Shown: positions 46,028-56,247 of the stretch, piece after piece
Position numbering within the stretch: position 1 is the first letter of the stretch
Layout of the letters: each line of letters opens with the position of its first letter
Source of the DNA: an uncultured delta proteobacterium
Lineage (GTDB): Bacteria; Desulfobacterota; Zymogenia; Zymogenales; Zymogenaceae
Length of the DNA: 64,000 bases
Direction: 5' to 3'
Assembly (NCBI GenBank): GCA_963792965.1
Contig: CAWBYW010000030.1
Location: 32,001-96,000, forward strand
Notes under the pieces: generated by a model
The model's input: the letters and a program-made list of their open reading frames with translations, nothing else
Databases searched by the model: none
What the model was told of the DNA's origin: nothing
Position numbers and translations under genes: made by a program

Positions 46028-46717
46028 TCAAATGCCTTTCTCTTTTTTCTCCAAGTTCGTCTCGGCGTCCGACTTCCTCACGTAAATCGGCACGATACTC
46101 GCCGGTTCGTCCCCCCCCTGTTTGCCAAAACGTGCGGCGCCGAGCCGGCACACCGCCGATGCGTCCACGTCCCCGTACTCCTGGGGCAACACGCGCCTTT
46201 CGCGGAGGATCTCTTCGGGGAGAAGCGCGGTCCCTCCTCCTACAAGCGAGCAATCGCCCCCGACGAAGCTCCCGATGTTTTCCGGAGACGCGAGAAAGAT
46301 ACTCCCCCGGCTCCTTACAACGCCTGCGCCGTCGACCTCAAAGATCGCGCCGTATACCTCCCCGCGCCGGGCATCGATGACTACGGCAAGCCGCCCCTTC
46401 TCGTGGGCCGCCCCCGCGGCGATCGCCTCGAGGCTCGAAACCCCCACGATCGGGATCGTAAGGGCGTAGGCCAGGCTCTTTGCCGTCGTCGCCCCCATCC
46501 TGAGCCCCGTCCATGCCCCCGGCCCAATCCCCACGGCGATGAGCCCGACATCCCCGATCGATATCCCCGCCTCGGTGAGCGCGTCGCGTATCATGACAAG
46601 GAGGGTTTCGGAGTGGGTCTTGGATCCCTCGCTCGCGCGCAAGGCCAGTGTCTTTCCGTTAGCCGTCAGCGCGACCGCGGCCCGTTTCTGAGAGGTATCG
46701 ATCCCGAGACAGATCAT
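46028..46717 (-). CDS. tsaB: tRNA threonylcarbamoyladenosine biosynthesis protein TsaB
   Basis: LGIDTS, HSETL, GIGPGAWTGLR, IDARRGEVY and PIYVRKSDAE. Confidence 0.92.
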   Translation of the reverse strand: MICLGIDTSQKRAAVALTANGKTLALRASEGSKTHSETLLVMIRDALTEAGISIGDVGLIAVGIGPGAWTGLRMGATTAKSLAYALTIPIVGVSSLEAIAAGAAHEKGRLAVVIDARRGEVYGAIFEVDGAGVVRSRGSIFLASPENIGSFVGGDCSLVGGGTALLPEEILRERRVLPQEYGDVDASAVCRLGAARFGKQGGDEPASIVPIYVRKSDAETNLEKKEKGI

Positions 46718-46720
46718 CGA

Positions 46721-47782
46721 CTATCCCGAAAAGATGAGCCGCTCGATGTCGAAATAGAAGGCGAGGATCATCAACAGCACGAGAAGGCCCAGCCCGATCT
46801 GGAGGGCGATCTCCTTTACTTTCAGGCTGATGGGCCTGCGTATGATCCCCTCGATGGCGAAGAAGAGGAGATGCCCCCCGTCGAGGACGGGCACCGGCAG
46901 GATGTTGAGGACCGCCAGGTTTATCGAAATGAGCGCCATAAAGTTAAGGTACGGCATGATCCCGAGCCGTGCCGCCTCGCCGGCGACCTTGGCGATGAGG
47001 ATCGGGCCACCCAGGTTGTTGAGGGCCACCTCGCCGGTAAACATCTTGCCGATCACCAGAAACGTGAGGTAGATGAGGTTGCCCGTCTGTTTTACCCCCT
47101 CGACGACGGCCAAAATGGGGCCGCGCTTCACGACGTGGTAGTCCCCTGACGGCGTGATGCCGATCATGAATTTCTTCTGCGGGGTCATTATGTCGCTCAG
47201 GCCCTCCTCGAAGATCGGCTTCACGCCGAAGACGAGCTCCTTGCCGCGGCGCAATACCCGAAAGCTGAGCTCTTTGCCTTTGGACCCCGAGATGACCTTC
47301 GCCATGGACTCCCAGTCGTGGACGGTGACACCGTTTATCGTGACCACCCTGTCCCCCGGCAAAAGACCGGCCTCGGCGGCGGGATATCCCTTCTTGAGCT
47401 CTCCGAGCACCGGATCGGTCACCGGCACCCCTGCCATGAAGACCACCCAGAGCACGAGGACCGCAAAGACGAGATTGAAAAAGGGCCCCGCCCCCACGAT
47501 CAGGATCTTCTTCCAGTTCTTCTGCGTCAGAAACGAGCGGTCCTTCTGTTCCTCCGGCGTCGTTTCCGACGGATCGTCACCCATCATCCGGACATAGCCG
47601 CCCAGCGGGAATGCCGAGATCCGATAGTCGGTATCGCCGATCTTCTTGCCGACGACCCTCGGCCCGAAGCCGAGGGAGAACTTGAGAACCCCGACCCCCA
47701 TTGCCTTGGCCGCAATGAAGTGGCCCAGCTCATGGACGAAGATCAATACACCGAGAAGGATAATAAAATAGACGACCGTCAT
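46721..47782 (-). CDS. rseP: RIP metalloprotease RseP
   Basis: HELGH, PLGGYVRM, a PDZ domain and NILPVPVLDGGH. Confidence 0.95.
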   Translation of the reverse strand: MTVVYFIILLGVLIFVHELGHFIAAKAMGVGVLKFSLGFGPRVVGKKIGDTDYRISAFPLGGYVRMMGDDPSETTPEEQKDRSFLTQKNWKKILIVGAGPFFNLVFAVLVLWVVFMAGVPVTDPVLGELKKGYPAAEAGLLPGDRVVTINGVTVHDWESMAKVISGSKGKELSFRVLRRGKELVFGVKPIFEEGLSDIMTPQKKFMIGITPSGDYHVVKRGPILAVVEGVKQTGNLIYLTFLVIGKMFTGEVALNNLGGPILIAKVAGEAARLGIMPYLNFMALISINLAVLNILPVPVLDGGHLLFFAIEGIIRRPISLKVKEIALQIGLGLLVLLMILAFYFDIERLIFSG

Positions 47783-48933
47783 GCCTCTTCTCCGATTTTG
47801 TTTGTCTTGTCGCGAGCCCAGCGATCGATCTCGATGAGCTCGCCGAGCGACGGGTTATTGCTGGCCCGATGCCGGCCCATCACCTTCTCCACCAGCCGCA
47901 CGATTTCGGGAAACGCGATCTTCCCTGCGAGGAAAAGCTCCACCGCCGCCTCGTTTGCCGCCGACATGACCGCCGGCATCGTCCCCCCTGCGTCGAGCGC
48001 CTCCCGGGCCAGCGCAAGCGGCCGGAAACGGGCCTCGTCGGCCCTGAAGAAGGTCAGCCCACCGATCGTGGAAAGATCGAGCGGCGCAACCATGCTCTCG
48101 ATCCTCTCCGGATAGGTGAGCGCGTAGGCGATCGGGATTCTCATGTCCGTCGGCCCGAGCTGTGCGACGATGGAACCGTCGATATACTCCACCATCGAGT
48201 GGACGATACTCTCCGGGTGGATGAGAACCGCGATTTTCTGATGCGGAACATCAAAGAGCCATCTGGCCTCGATGAGCTCGAGGGCCTTATTCATGAGGGT
48301 GGCCGAATCGACGCTGATCTTCCTGCCCATGTTCCAGCGCGGATGTTTTACGGCCTCCTCAGGGGTCACGGACTCAAGCTCCTTTTCGGGCCTCTTCCAG
48401 AATGGCCCGCCGGAGGCCGTGATGATGAGCCGTCCGACACACGCCCTGTCGTGGCCCAACAACGACTGGAAAAGCGCACTGTGCTCGCTGTCGACCGGTA
48501 TGAGCCCAACCCCCTTTTCCCGTGCCCGCCCGGTCACGAGTTCCCCGGCGCACACGAGCGTTTCCTTATTGGCGAGCGCCACGTCGATACCCGCGTCGAT
48601 GGCCGCCATCGTCGGAACGAGCCCCGCGCTTCCCACCATTGCCGCAAGGACGATATCGGCGCCGGACTCGACGGCGGCGCTCCTTACGCCGTCCTCACCG
48701 GAAAGGACGGTTATGCCCGCGGGGACGAGCTTTCTTAATTCACCCGCGGCCGACTCGTCGGCCAGCGCCACGACGGCCGGCCGGAGCCTGCGCGCCTGCT
48801 CACTGATGAGCGCGACATTCTTATGGGCGGCAAGCGCCGAGACGATAAACCGCTCGGGGTTGTCTTCAATGATGCTTACCGCCTGGGTCCCGATGGAGCC
48901 GGTCGACCCAAGGATCGCCACCTTCTTCATCAT
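47779..48933 (-). CDS. dxr: 1-deoxy-D-xylulose-5-phosphate reductoisomerase
   Basis: ILGSTGSIG, LANKE, PVDSEHSA and HPRWNMGRKISVDSAT. Confidence 0.96.
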   Translation of the reverse strand: MMKKVAILGSTGSIGTQAVSIIEDNPERFIVSALAAHKNVALISEQARRLRPAVVALADESAAGELRKLVPAGITVLSGEDGVRSAAVESGADIVLAAMVGSAGLVPTMAAIDAGIDVALANKETLVCAGELVTGRAREKGVGLIPVDSEHSALFQSLLGHDRACVGRLIITASGGPFWKRPEKELESVTPEEAVKHPRWNMGRKISVDSATLMNKALELIEARWLFDVPHQKIAVLIHPESIVHSMVEYIDGSIVAQLGPTDMRIPIAYALTYPERIESMVAPLDLSTIGGLTFFRADEARFRPLALAREALDAGGTMPAVMSAANEAAVELFLAGKIAFPEIVRLVEKVMGRHRASNNPSLGELIEIDRWARDKTNKIGEEA

Positions 48934-49730
48934 CGGAGACAGTATACCGCATAGTAGTAGATAAAGGGCGCCGAAAAGACGAACGAGTCGATCCGGTCCA
49001 GAAAGCCTCCGTGCCCGGGCAGCAACCCGCCCGCGTCCTTGACCTTGAAACCGCGCTTGATAAGCGATTCGGCCATGTCGCCGAGTATCGCAAGGAGCGA
49101 GCCGACAAAACCGAGGATAAGGATGTCTTGCCACCTCAGCTCGCCGAGGATGACATACTTGGCCGCTATCACCAGCAGTATACACAACACGATCCCGCCG
49201 ATCGCTCCCTCGACGGTCTTCTTGGGGCTGATGACCTGATAGAGGGGGTGTTTGCCGAAGAGCCTCCCGGCAAAATAGGCCCCGGCGTCGGTCCCGAAGT
49301 TCATTGCCAGCGCCAGCACGACCCATGCGGCCCCGTGGGGGAGCATCCTCAACACGATCAGGTACGAGAGGAGAAAGCCGACATAGAAGATACCGAACAG
49401 GCGTATGAAGAGGTTCTCGGCCTTTCGCTGCGGATCGGTGACCCGGAAGAGAGCAAACGCCGTAGTGAAGATGATAATGAAGGCGACAGTCGGCGCTATG
49501 TAGTCCGGGTAGCCGAGGTAGAAGGAGGCCGGAAGGAGGAGGCCAAGGATCGTATGCGCGATGATCTGGATATTGATCTTCTGGGGATAGATGAAGGAAA
49601 AGTACTCGTACAAAGCCAGGCCGACCACGGCGAAGACGAGTAGAAATACGCCGATAACGCCCCCGTATATGATGATCGCCAATACGAGGGGAATGGCCAC
49701 AACGGCCGTGAGAAGACGGGCCGCAAGCAT
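48930..49730 (-). CDS. cdsA: Phosphatidate cytidylyltransferase
   Basis: DAGAYFAG, ISPKKTVEG and GDMAESLIKR..KD.G.LLPGHGGFLDRIDS. Confidence 0.95.
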   Translation of the reverse strand: MLAARLLTAVVAIPLVLAIIIYGGVIGVFLLVFAVVGLALYEYFSFIYPQKINIQIIAHTILGLLLPASFYLGYPDYIAPTVAFIIIFTTAFALFRVTDPQRKAENLFIRLFGIFYVGFLLSYLIVLRMLPHGAAWVVLALAMNFGTDAGAYFAGRLFGKHPLYQVISPKKTVEGAIGGIVLCILLVIAAKYVILGELRWQDILILGFVGSLLAILGDMAESLIKRGFKVKDAGGLLPGHGGFLDRIDSFVFSAPFIYYYAVYCLR

Positions 49731-49951
49731 AAGCAGTACTCCATGGTTACTCTGAAAATCGGCCCCGAAGGGCCCCCTTTATCGGCCGACCGACGCTGCG
49801 GGAGGTCGGGCCGACTCTCACCCACGGGCCGACCGCACCGGCGAGACGTCGCTTACTCAGCTTCGGGCCGGCCGTGAGCCGGCGGACGGGGAGCCAACCC
49901 CTGTCATGCTGCGTGGCATGCCGCGGCGTTCGCCTCCGATCTGCGGCCGCC

Positions 49952-50725
49952 CTATGGCTTGCCCTTCAATTGCTCGCTGGTGAGCCCGAACCGTCGCTCC
50001 CTCGTGGAGTAGTTCTCGAGGATGGACAGGAACTCCTTGTCGGTGAAATCAGGCCAGAGGGTGCGGGTGAAGAAGAACTCCGTATAGGCCGACTGGAACA
50101 GAAGAAAGTTCGAGATCCGCATCTCCCCGCTCGTGCGGATGAGAAGGTCGGGATCGGGGAGCCCACGGGTGTAGAGATGTTGCGCAATGAGCCTCTCGTC
50201 GATTTCGCCGGGAGTGATCTTTTTTTCCGCGACGAGCGCCGCGATCTCCTTTACGGCATCGACGATCTCGCCCCGCGCGCTGTAGGCCAGGGCAAGGACC
50301 AGCGTCATACCCGTGTTGTTCCTGGTGATGTCAATCGTTTCCAGGAGGATCTTCCGAACGACGGCCGGCAGTGACGAAAATCTTCCGAGGGCGGCCAGCC
50401 GGATACCCTCTTTCATCATCTCGGGGAGCTCCGACTGGAGAAACTCCGCCAGCAGGCCCATGAGGAAATTCACTTCGTCCTTCGGGCGGTTCAGATTCTC
50501 CTCGGAGAGGGCGTAGAGGGTCAGCACCTCGATGCCGATCTTACGGCTCGTCTCCAGGACCTTTCTAACGTTGTCGCTCCCGCGCCTATGCCCCTCGATG
50601 CGGGGGAGGTTGCGCTCCTTGGCCCAGCGCCCGTTACCGTCCATAATGACGGCCACGTGTCGCGGGAGATTCTTTATATCGGTCATACTGAGTCGGGTAT
50701 CGCCCTCATCAAAGCTATGGGTCAC
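49952..50725 (-). CDS. uppS: Undecaprenyl diphosphate synthase (start may be 50686)
   Basis: PRHVAVIMDGNGRWA and DPDLLIRTSGEMRISNFLL. Confidence 0.96.
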   Translation of the reverse strand: MTHSFDEGDTRLSMTDIKNLPRHVAVIMDGNGRWAKERNLPRIEGHRRGSDNVRKVLETSRKIGIEVLTLYALSEENLNRPKDEVNFLMGLLAEFLQSELPEMMKEGIRLAALGRFSSLPAVVRKILLETIDITRNNTGMTLVLALAYSARGEIVDAVKEIAALVAEKKITPGEIDERLIAQHLYTRGLPDPDLLIRTSGEMRISNFLLFQSAYTEFFFTRTLWPDFTDKEFLSILENYSTRERRFGLTSEQLKGKP

Positions 50726-50738
50726 GATGGATCATGGA

Positions 50739-51293
50739 CTATATTTCCATGATCTCCTTTTCTTTCTCCACGAGTATCGAATCGGTATCCTTGATATACT
50801 CGTCGGTGACTTCCTGGATTTTCTCGTGGAGCTTGAAATATTCATCCTCCGAGATCTCTTTCTCCTTTTTCAGCTCTTTGAGAAACTCGATCGAATCACG
50901 GCGATGATTCCTCATGGCTACCTTATATTCTTCGCACATCTTCCTGACCATCTTGACCAGCTCTTTTCTCCGCTCCTCGGTCAGGGCCGGGATGGAGATC
51001 CGAATGATCTTGCCGTCGTTGGCGGGGGTGAGCCCGAGGTCGGACTTCATGATCGCCTTTTCGACCTCACCGATGGAGCTGGCGTCCCAGGGCTGAATGA
51101 TGATGAGCCGCGACTCCGGCGCCGAAACGGTGGCCATTTGAGTGAGCGGTGTGGGGTTTCCGTAATAATCCACCCTGATCCCATCGAGAATCGCCGTGGA
51201 GGCCCTTCCCGTTCTCACCCGCTTGAGCTCGTTGGTGAAGCCCTTAACGGTCTTTTCCATCTCTTTTTTTAAATCAGCGAGCACCTCTTCCAT
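50739..51293 (-). CDS. frr: Ribosome recycling factor
   Basis: RVRTGRAS, VDYYG and PALTEERRKELVK. Confidence 0.97.
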   Translation of the reverse strand: MEEVLADLKKEMEKTVKGFTNELKRVRTGRASTAILDGIRVDYYGNPTPLTQMATVSAPESRLIIIQPWDASSIGEVEKAIMKSDLGLTPANDGKIIRISIPALTEERRKELVKMVRKMCEEYKVAMRNHRRDSIEFLKELKKEKEISEDEYFKLHEKIQEVTDEYIKDTDSILVEKEKEIMEI

Positions 51294-52009
51294 CACTCTT
51301 TTCCCTTTACAATGGTTCCTATCGTTTGTCCCGACACGACCTTTTTGAGATTGCCCGGGGCAAGGAGGTTGAACACGATGATGGGCAGCTCGTTGTCCAT
51401 ACACAGAGACAGCGCGGTGGAGTCCATCACCCCGAGGCCGAGGTTGAGGGCCTCGATATAGGTGATTGTGCTGAACTTCTTGGCATCGGGAAACCGCACC
51501 GGGTCCTTGTCGTAGACGCCGTCCACCTTTGTCGCCTTAATAATAACATCGGCCCCGATCTCCATGGCCCTGAGCGCTGCGGCGGTGTCGGTGGTGAAAT
51601 ACGGGTTTCCGGTCCCTCCGGCAAAGATCACCAACCGCTTCTTTTCAAGATGACGGACGGCCCTGCGGCGTATATAGGGCTCGGCGACGGCCCGCATCTC
51701 GAGGGCCGTCTGAACACGCGTGACCAGCCCCGCCTTCTCGAGCGAATTCTGAAGCGCAAGGGCGTTGATCACCGTGGCCAGCATCCCCATGTAGTCGGCG
51801 TTGGCTCGATCCATCCCCTTTTCGCTTGCGGATATGCCGCGGAAGATATTCCCGCCGCCGACCACCAGCGCCATTTCGGTGCCAAGGGTGGCGGTCTCCT
51901 TTATTTCTTCCGTGATGAATTTGATGGCGTCGGGGAAGATACCGAACTTCTGTGGGCCCGCCAGGGCCTCGCCGGAAAGTTTTACCAACACCCTTTTATA
52001 GAGCATCAC
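51293..52009 (-). CDS. pyrH: UMP kinase
   Basis: [15 protein letters not shown] and GNPYFTTD. Confidence 0.97.
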   Translation of the reverse strand: MMLYKRVLVKLSGEALAGPQKFGIFPDAIKFITEEIKETATLGTEMALVVGGGNIFRGISASEKGMDRANADYMGMLATVINALALQNSLEKAGLVTRVQTALEMRAVAEPYIRRRAVRHLEKKRLVIFAGGTGNPYFTTDTAAALRAMEIGADVIIKATKVDGVYDKDPVRFPDAKKFSTITYIEALNLGLGVMDSTALSLCMDNELPIIVFNLLAPGNLKKVVSGQTIGTIVKGKE

Positions 52010-52102
52010 GGGCCGCCTCTGTTACGCATCCCGGGCAGACGTTCTTCCCCCGGGGGTTGGCCTGGTGCCGGTGAACGGCGCACAAAGCGCCGCCTGGCTC
52101 AT

Positions 52103-52705
52103 CTATTCGAGACCCTCACCCAGCTGAAAACGGACAAACCTCCTGATAATCATATTCTCGCCGAGCTTGGCGATCATATTGGTGAGGTGTTCGGAGACCG
52201 ATACGTTCGTATCCTTGACGAAGGGCTGATCGAGGAGGCATACCTCCGTATAATACTTCTTGAGCTTGCCCTCGACGATCTTTTCGATAACGTTCTCGGG
52301 CTTCTTTGAGTCCTGAACCTGGGCCCGATAGATCTCCTTTTCCTTTTCGAGGACGTCGGCGGGGACATCCGAGCTTGACAGATAGAGGGGGCTTGAGGCC
52401 GCCACGTGCATGGCGATGTCCTTTACAAACGCCACAAAGCCGTCGGTCCGAGCCACGAAGTCGGACTCGCAATTCACCTCCACCAGGACGCCGATCTTTC
52501 CCCCCATATGGATGTACGAACCGATCATTCCCTCTTTAGCGGCTCTGCCGAGGCGCTTGGCCGCTTTCGAGAGTCCCTTCTTCCTCAATATTTCAACGGC
52601 CTTCTCGGCATCGCCTTTGGCCTCGGTCAGCGCCGTCTTGCAGTCCATCATCCCGGCTCCGGTCTTCTCCCGCAAATCCTTTACCATTTGAGCACTGATT
52701 TCCAT
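52103..52705 (-). CDS. tsf: Elongation factor Ts (short ~200-aa type)
   Basis: [13 protein letters not shown] and [10 protein letters not shown]. Confidence 0.97.
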   Translation of the reverse strand: MEISAQMVKDLREKTGAGMMDCKTALTEAKGDAEKAVEILRKKGLSKAAKRLGRAAKEGMIGSYIHMGGKIGVLVEVNCESDFVARTDGFVAFVKDIAMHVAASSPLYLSSSDVPADVLEKEKEIYRAQVQDSKKPENVIEKIVEGKLKKYYTEVCLLDQPFVKDTNVSVSEHLTNMIAKLGENMIIRRFVRFQLGEGLE

Positions 52706-52741
52706 GATCCACTCCTTGTAACCCTTCGGACTTTCTCTTAT

Positions 52742-53584
52742 CTATTGTTCATCCAGCGTCTTTTCTTCTTTGGCGTCCTGCTCGTCCTCGGCGACGGAGG
52801 CCCTCTTGGCCTTCCTCACCTCGACCTTTACCTCTCTCTCTTCGGCCGGCTCCACGCTCGTCGGCTCGGCCTTTTTCGCCTCAACGGCGGCCTCCACCCC
52901 GGTCTCCTGCTTACCCTCGAGGATGGCGTCTGCGATTCGAGAGGAAAAGAGGCGAATGGCCCGTATGGCGTCGTCGTTTCCGGGCACAACATAATCTATC
53001 TTGTCCGGATTACAGTTGGTGTCGACGATGGCGACAATAGGTATATGGAGCTTATTGGCCTCGCTGACGGCGATCCGCTCTTTTTTCGGATCCACCATAA
53101 AGATACAGTCGGGGAGGTCCACCATCTCCTTGATCCCCCCGATATTCCGGGTGAGCTTTTCTTTCTGCGAGTTAAGACCGGCGACCTCTTTCTTCGGGAG
53201 GGAATCGACGGTTTCCGCGGAGAGAAGGGCCTCGAGCCTTTTTAGTCGATCGATCGTCTTTCGGATGGTGACGAAGTTCGTGAGCGTCCCGCCCAGCCAC
53301 CGCTCGTTGACGTAAAACATGCCGCAGCGCTCGGCCTCGGCGCCGATAGATTCCTGCGCCTGTTTCTTCGTCCCGACGAAGAGGATCGCGCCTCCTCCGG
53401 CGGATACCTTCCTGATGAACTCGAAGGCTTTGTCGAAGAGCTCGATCGTCTTCTGGAGATCGATGATGTAGATACCGTTTCGCGCTCCGAAGATATACGG
53501 CTTCATCTTCGGGTTCCACCGTTTCGTTTGATGGCCGAAGTGAACGCCGGCCTCCAGCAGCTCCTTCATGTTGATGTAACTCAT
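52742..53584 (-). CDS. rpsB: 30S ribosomal protein S2
   Basis: [19 protein letters not shown] and PGNDDAIRA. Confidence 0.98.
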   Translation of the reverse strand: MSYINMKELLEAGVHFGHQTKRWNPKMKPYIFGARNGIYIIDLQKTIELFDKAFEFIRKVSAGGGAILFVGTKKQAQESIGAEAERCGMFYVNERWLGGTLTNFVTIRKTIDRLKRLEALLSAETVDSLPKKEVAGLNSQKEKLTRNIGGIKEMVDLPDCIFMVDPKKERIAVSEANKLHIPIVAIVDTNCNPDKIDYVVPGNDDAIRAIRLFSSRIADAILEGKQETGVEAAVEAKKAEPTSVEPAEEREVKVEVRKAKRASVAEDEQDAKEEKTLDEQ

Positions 53585-53599
53585 ACCACACTCCTTCTG

Positions 53600-53676
53600 T
53601 TGGTTTTTCTTCCGCCCATCGGGACCCGGGAACCCACCTTCGGGTCACCACCCTGTCCCCCTGTATAGGGCGTGTC
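53600..53676 (-). ncRNA. rpsB (S2) autoregulatory leader RNA
   Basis: ACACGCCC...GGGAC.GGGTG...GTCCC..GGGCG-GAAGAAAAACC: nested stems with the usual S2-leader flanks, just upstream of the RBS. Confidence 0.65.
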
Positions 53677-53928
53677 AATTGAGAGACACACGAACCGTCC
53701 GCGCGTGCGGGCGGACTCTTACGTTCAGATTTTCGGCCGTCACTCCCGCGGGCGAAGGTAAGGCCCGGGAGGCTTCACAAAAAGTGGCCTCCGACCAGAG
53801 CCCCTTTCCCTTGGGACCGGTCATCCCCTCATAAATTATGGCACCGAAGAAACCGAATCTGCATACACAAAATTATTTATGTAACACATACTTTTTTATT
53901 ATGCAATATAAAAAATCTCAAAATCTCG

Positions 53929-54837
53929 TCATCCGACAAGAGCGCTTGCTCCAATGCCGAGCGCCAGCAAGAGCCCCGTGACCAGATGGATCACCACCGT
54001 CATCCCGCAGACCGCGACGACCCCCCGCGGGTCGTCGTAGACCTCAAAGAGCTTCTTCACGGCGACAACGGAAATGGGGATCGTCAACAGAGACAAAAGC
54101 GACAGGGCCGGTATGATCCCGATCACGACCCCAACGACAACCGACAGGTAGGTGGCTATGAGGATCAGCGCGTACGCATAGCGCGCCGCCGATCTCCCGA
54201 GCGTGACCACGCCCGTGCGCTTGCGCGTCGCCAGGTCCGCATCAAAGTCCGGATACCCGTTGACGAAGAGGATAAGCGCGATCAGGAGCGCGGGAACGAT
54301 AGACAGAAACCAGGCCGAACGCGAGAGCGTCCCCGTCAGGACGTAGTAGGTGCCGAGCACCATCAGCGGCCCGAACCCCAACGCTACCGCCAGCTCGCCG
54401 AGGCCGTGGCCGATATAGGCAAGCCCCCAGCGGGGAACCGAATAGATAAGGACGAGGATCGTTCCCATCAACCCGAAGAACAGGACGACGATCCCGGCCC
54501 GGTATACGAGGTAAAGGCCGACAGCGACCCCGAGCGCAAGCAGGCCGGCCCCGAGCGCGAAGGTCTGCCCCGGCGTCATGAGGCCGTCCTGGATCATGCG
54601 GCTCCCGCCGGAGAAGATATTGTGGTATCGATTTATGTTGTCCGTTCCGCCCCGGTAATCGTAGTAGTCATTCAACACATTTGCCGAACCGTGAAACGAG
54701 AGGGCACCGATAAGACACAGGACAAAAAGGATCAGGTCAAAACGGCCGACACGGGCAGCGTCGACCGCGCCGATGACGACGGGGACGACGGTCCCCGTAA
54801 AGAAGGGTGCGCGAACGGCCTTGAAAAAGAGCTTCAT
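53929..54837 (-). CDS. menA: UbiA-family prenyltransferase, MenA-like
   Basis: AVRAPFF, ANVLNDYYD..GTD, FSGGSR, GLGEL and NGYPD..AD....KRT. Confidence 0.8.
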   Translation of the reverse strand: MKLFFKAVRAPFFTGTVVPVVIGAVDAARVGRFDLILFVLCLIGALSFHGSANVLNDYYDYRGGTDNINRYHNIFSGGSRMIQDGLMTPGQTFALGAGLLALGVAVGLYLVYRAGIVVLFFGLMGTILVLIYSVPRWGLAYIGHGLGELAVALGFGPLMVLGTYYVLTGTLSRSAWFLSIVPALLIALILFVNGYPDFDADLATRKRTGVVTLGRSAARYAYALILIATYLSVVVGVVIGIIPALSLLSLLTIPISVVAVKKLFEVYDDPRGVVAVCGMTVVIHLVTGLLLALGIGASALVG

Positions 54838-54841
54838 CGGT

Positions 54842-56035
54842 TCAACTCCTGTAGTCGGCATTGATCTTCACATAGCCGATGGAAAGGTCCGAGGTATAGG
54901 CCGTAAACGAAGAGACCCCGGCATTGAGGTCGACGACGACGGCAAACTCACGGCCGCGCATAATCTCTTTGGCCTTTTCCTCGTAGCGCACGCCGCGCCC
55001 GATTCCGCCCGTGACCACCTCGACGTCCCCGAATGAGATGTCGGCCCGCGCAGGGTCAAAGTCTCCCGGGACGGAGCCTATCGCCCCCATGATCCGGCCC
55101 CAGTTGGGGTCCTCGCCGAAGAACGTGGTCTTGACCAGCGGTGAATTGGCGACCTGAAAGGCGACACGCCGGGCGACCTCTTCGGTGGGCGCCCCCTTTA
55201 TCGTGATCGTCACGAACTTTGTGGCCCCCTCGGCGTCTCTCACCAGGCCCGTGGCCAGCTCCACGAGTAGCTCCGTCAACTGCTGCCCGAACAGACGCGC
55301 AGAGCCGGCGTCGACTTTATGCGTTTTGTCGCCCCCCGACATGAGCAGGATCATGTCGTTCGTGCTCATGTCCCCGTCCACGGTAATCGCATTGAAGGAC
55401 GGCTGGGCCGCTTGGCGCAACGCTCCATCCAGCCCCCCGCTTTCCATGGGAAGATCGGTGACGACCACACAGAGCATAGTCGCCAGGTGCGGGAAGATCA
55501 TCCCGGCCCCCTTAGCGATCCCGAGGATCGTATAGGTACGGCCGTCGGCCGAAAAACATCGTTTCGCGCATTTGGGACGCGTGTCCGTCGTCATGATGGC
55601 GTGGGCGGCGCCGAGAAAACCCGTGGGGGAAAGTCCGGACACGAGCGCCTCGAGCGAACGGGTGATCCGATCCGCAGGGAGCCGCTGCCCGATTACGCCG
55701 GTGGAGGCGGCGATGACCGACTCCTCCGGGATCGAAAGCCGCCCCGCGCAGAGACCCGTGAGGTCCCGTGTATCCCGATCGCCCTCGGGCCCCGTACAGG
55801 CGTTGGCATTGCCGCTGTTGAGCAGAATCGCCCGCGGCGTCGTCTTCCCCATCCGCTCGATACTCAAGAGGACCGGGGCCGCCTTGACACGGTTTTCGGT
55901 GAAGAGCGCCGCGGCGCCGACGGGGGCGTCATTTATAATCAGCGCGAGGTCCGCCTCCGGCGTCTTTTTGATCCCCGCGGCGACCGCCGCGGCCCGAAAA
56001 CCCGGGCAGATGAGATTTGATTCAGGAGTATCCAC
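54842..56035 (-). CDS. argJ: Ornithine acetyltransferase/N-acetylglutamate synthase
   Basis: NSGNANACTG, STGVIG, IMTTDT, KGAGMI.P.LATML, DGDMSTND and SPLVKT. Confidence 0.95.
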   Translation of the reverse strand: MDTPESNLICPGFRAAAVAAGIKKTPEADLALIINDAPVGAAALFTENRVKAAPVLLSIERMGKTTPRAILLNSGNANACTGPEGDRDTRDLTGLCAGRLSIPEESVIAASTGVIGQRLPADRITRSLEALVSGLSPTGFLGAAHAIMTTDTRPKCAKRCFSADGRTYTILGIAKGAGMIFPHLATMLCVVVTDLPMESGGLDGALRQAAQPSFNAITVDGDMSTNDMILLMSGGDKTHKVDAGSARLFGQQLTELLVELATGLVRDAEGATKFVTITIKGAPTEEVARRVAFQVANSPLVKTTFFGEDPNWGRIMGAIGSVPGDFDPARADISFGDVEVVTGGIGRGVRYEEKAKEIMRGREFAVVVDLNAGVSSFTAYTSDLSIGYVKINADYRS

Positions 56036-56247
56036 AGTATCCTTATCGTCGCCGTCTCTCTTGCGCCTTGGAGAAATTTATGAGTCGTTATGTTAAGAGC
56101 GCGACCTTCATGGAAATCGTCAGAGAGAGAACCGGCCTGTCGCTGTGGTATCGGACTATTTCAATGCGGCCCTTTGTCCGCAGGCGATTCAGGCCCTCAT
56201 TTTTCTCGTCGGGCCCCATGGAAAATACGGTCTCCCGTGGCCGTCGC

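Noticed and set aside
52103-52705. EF-Ts of only 200 aa as a truncation
   Set aside because: The short EF-Ts form is well known in several phyla and the ORF is intact.
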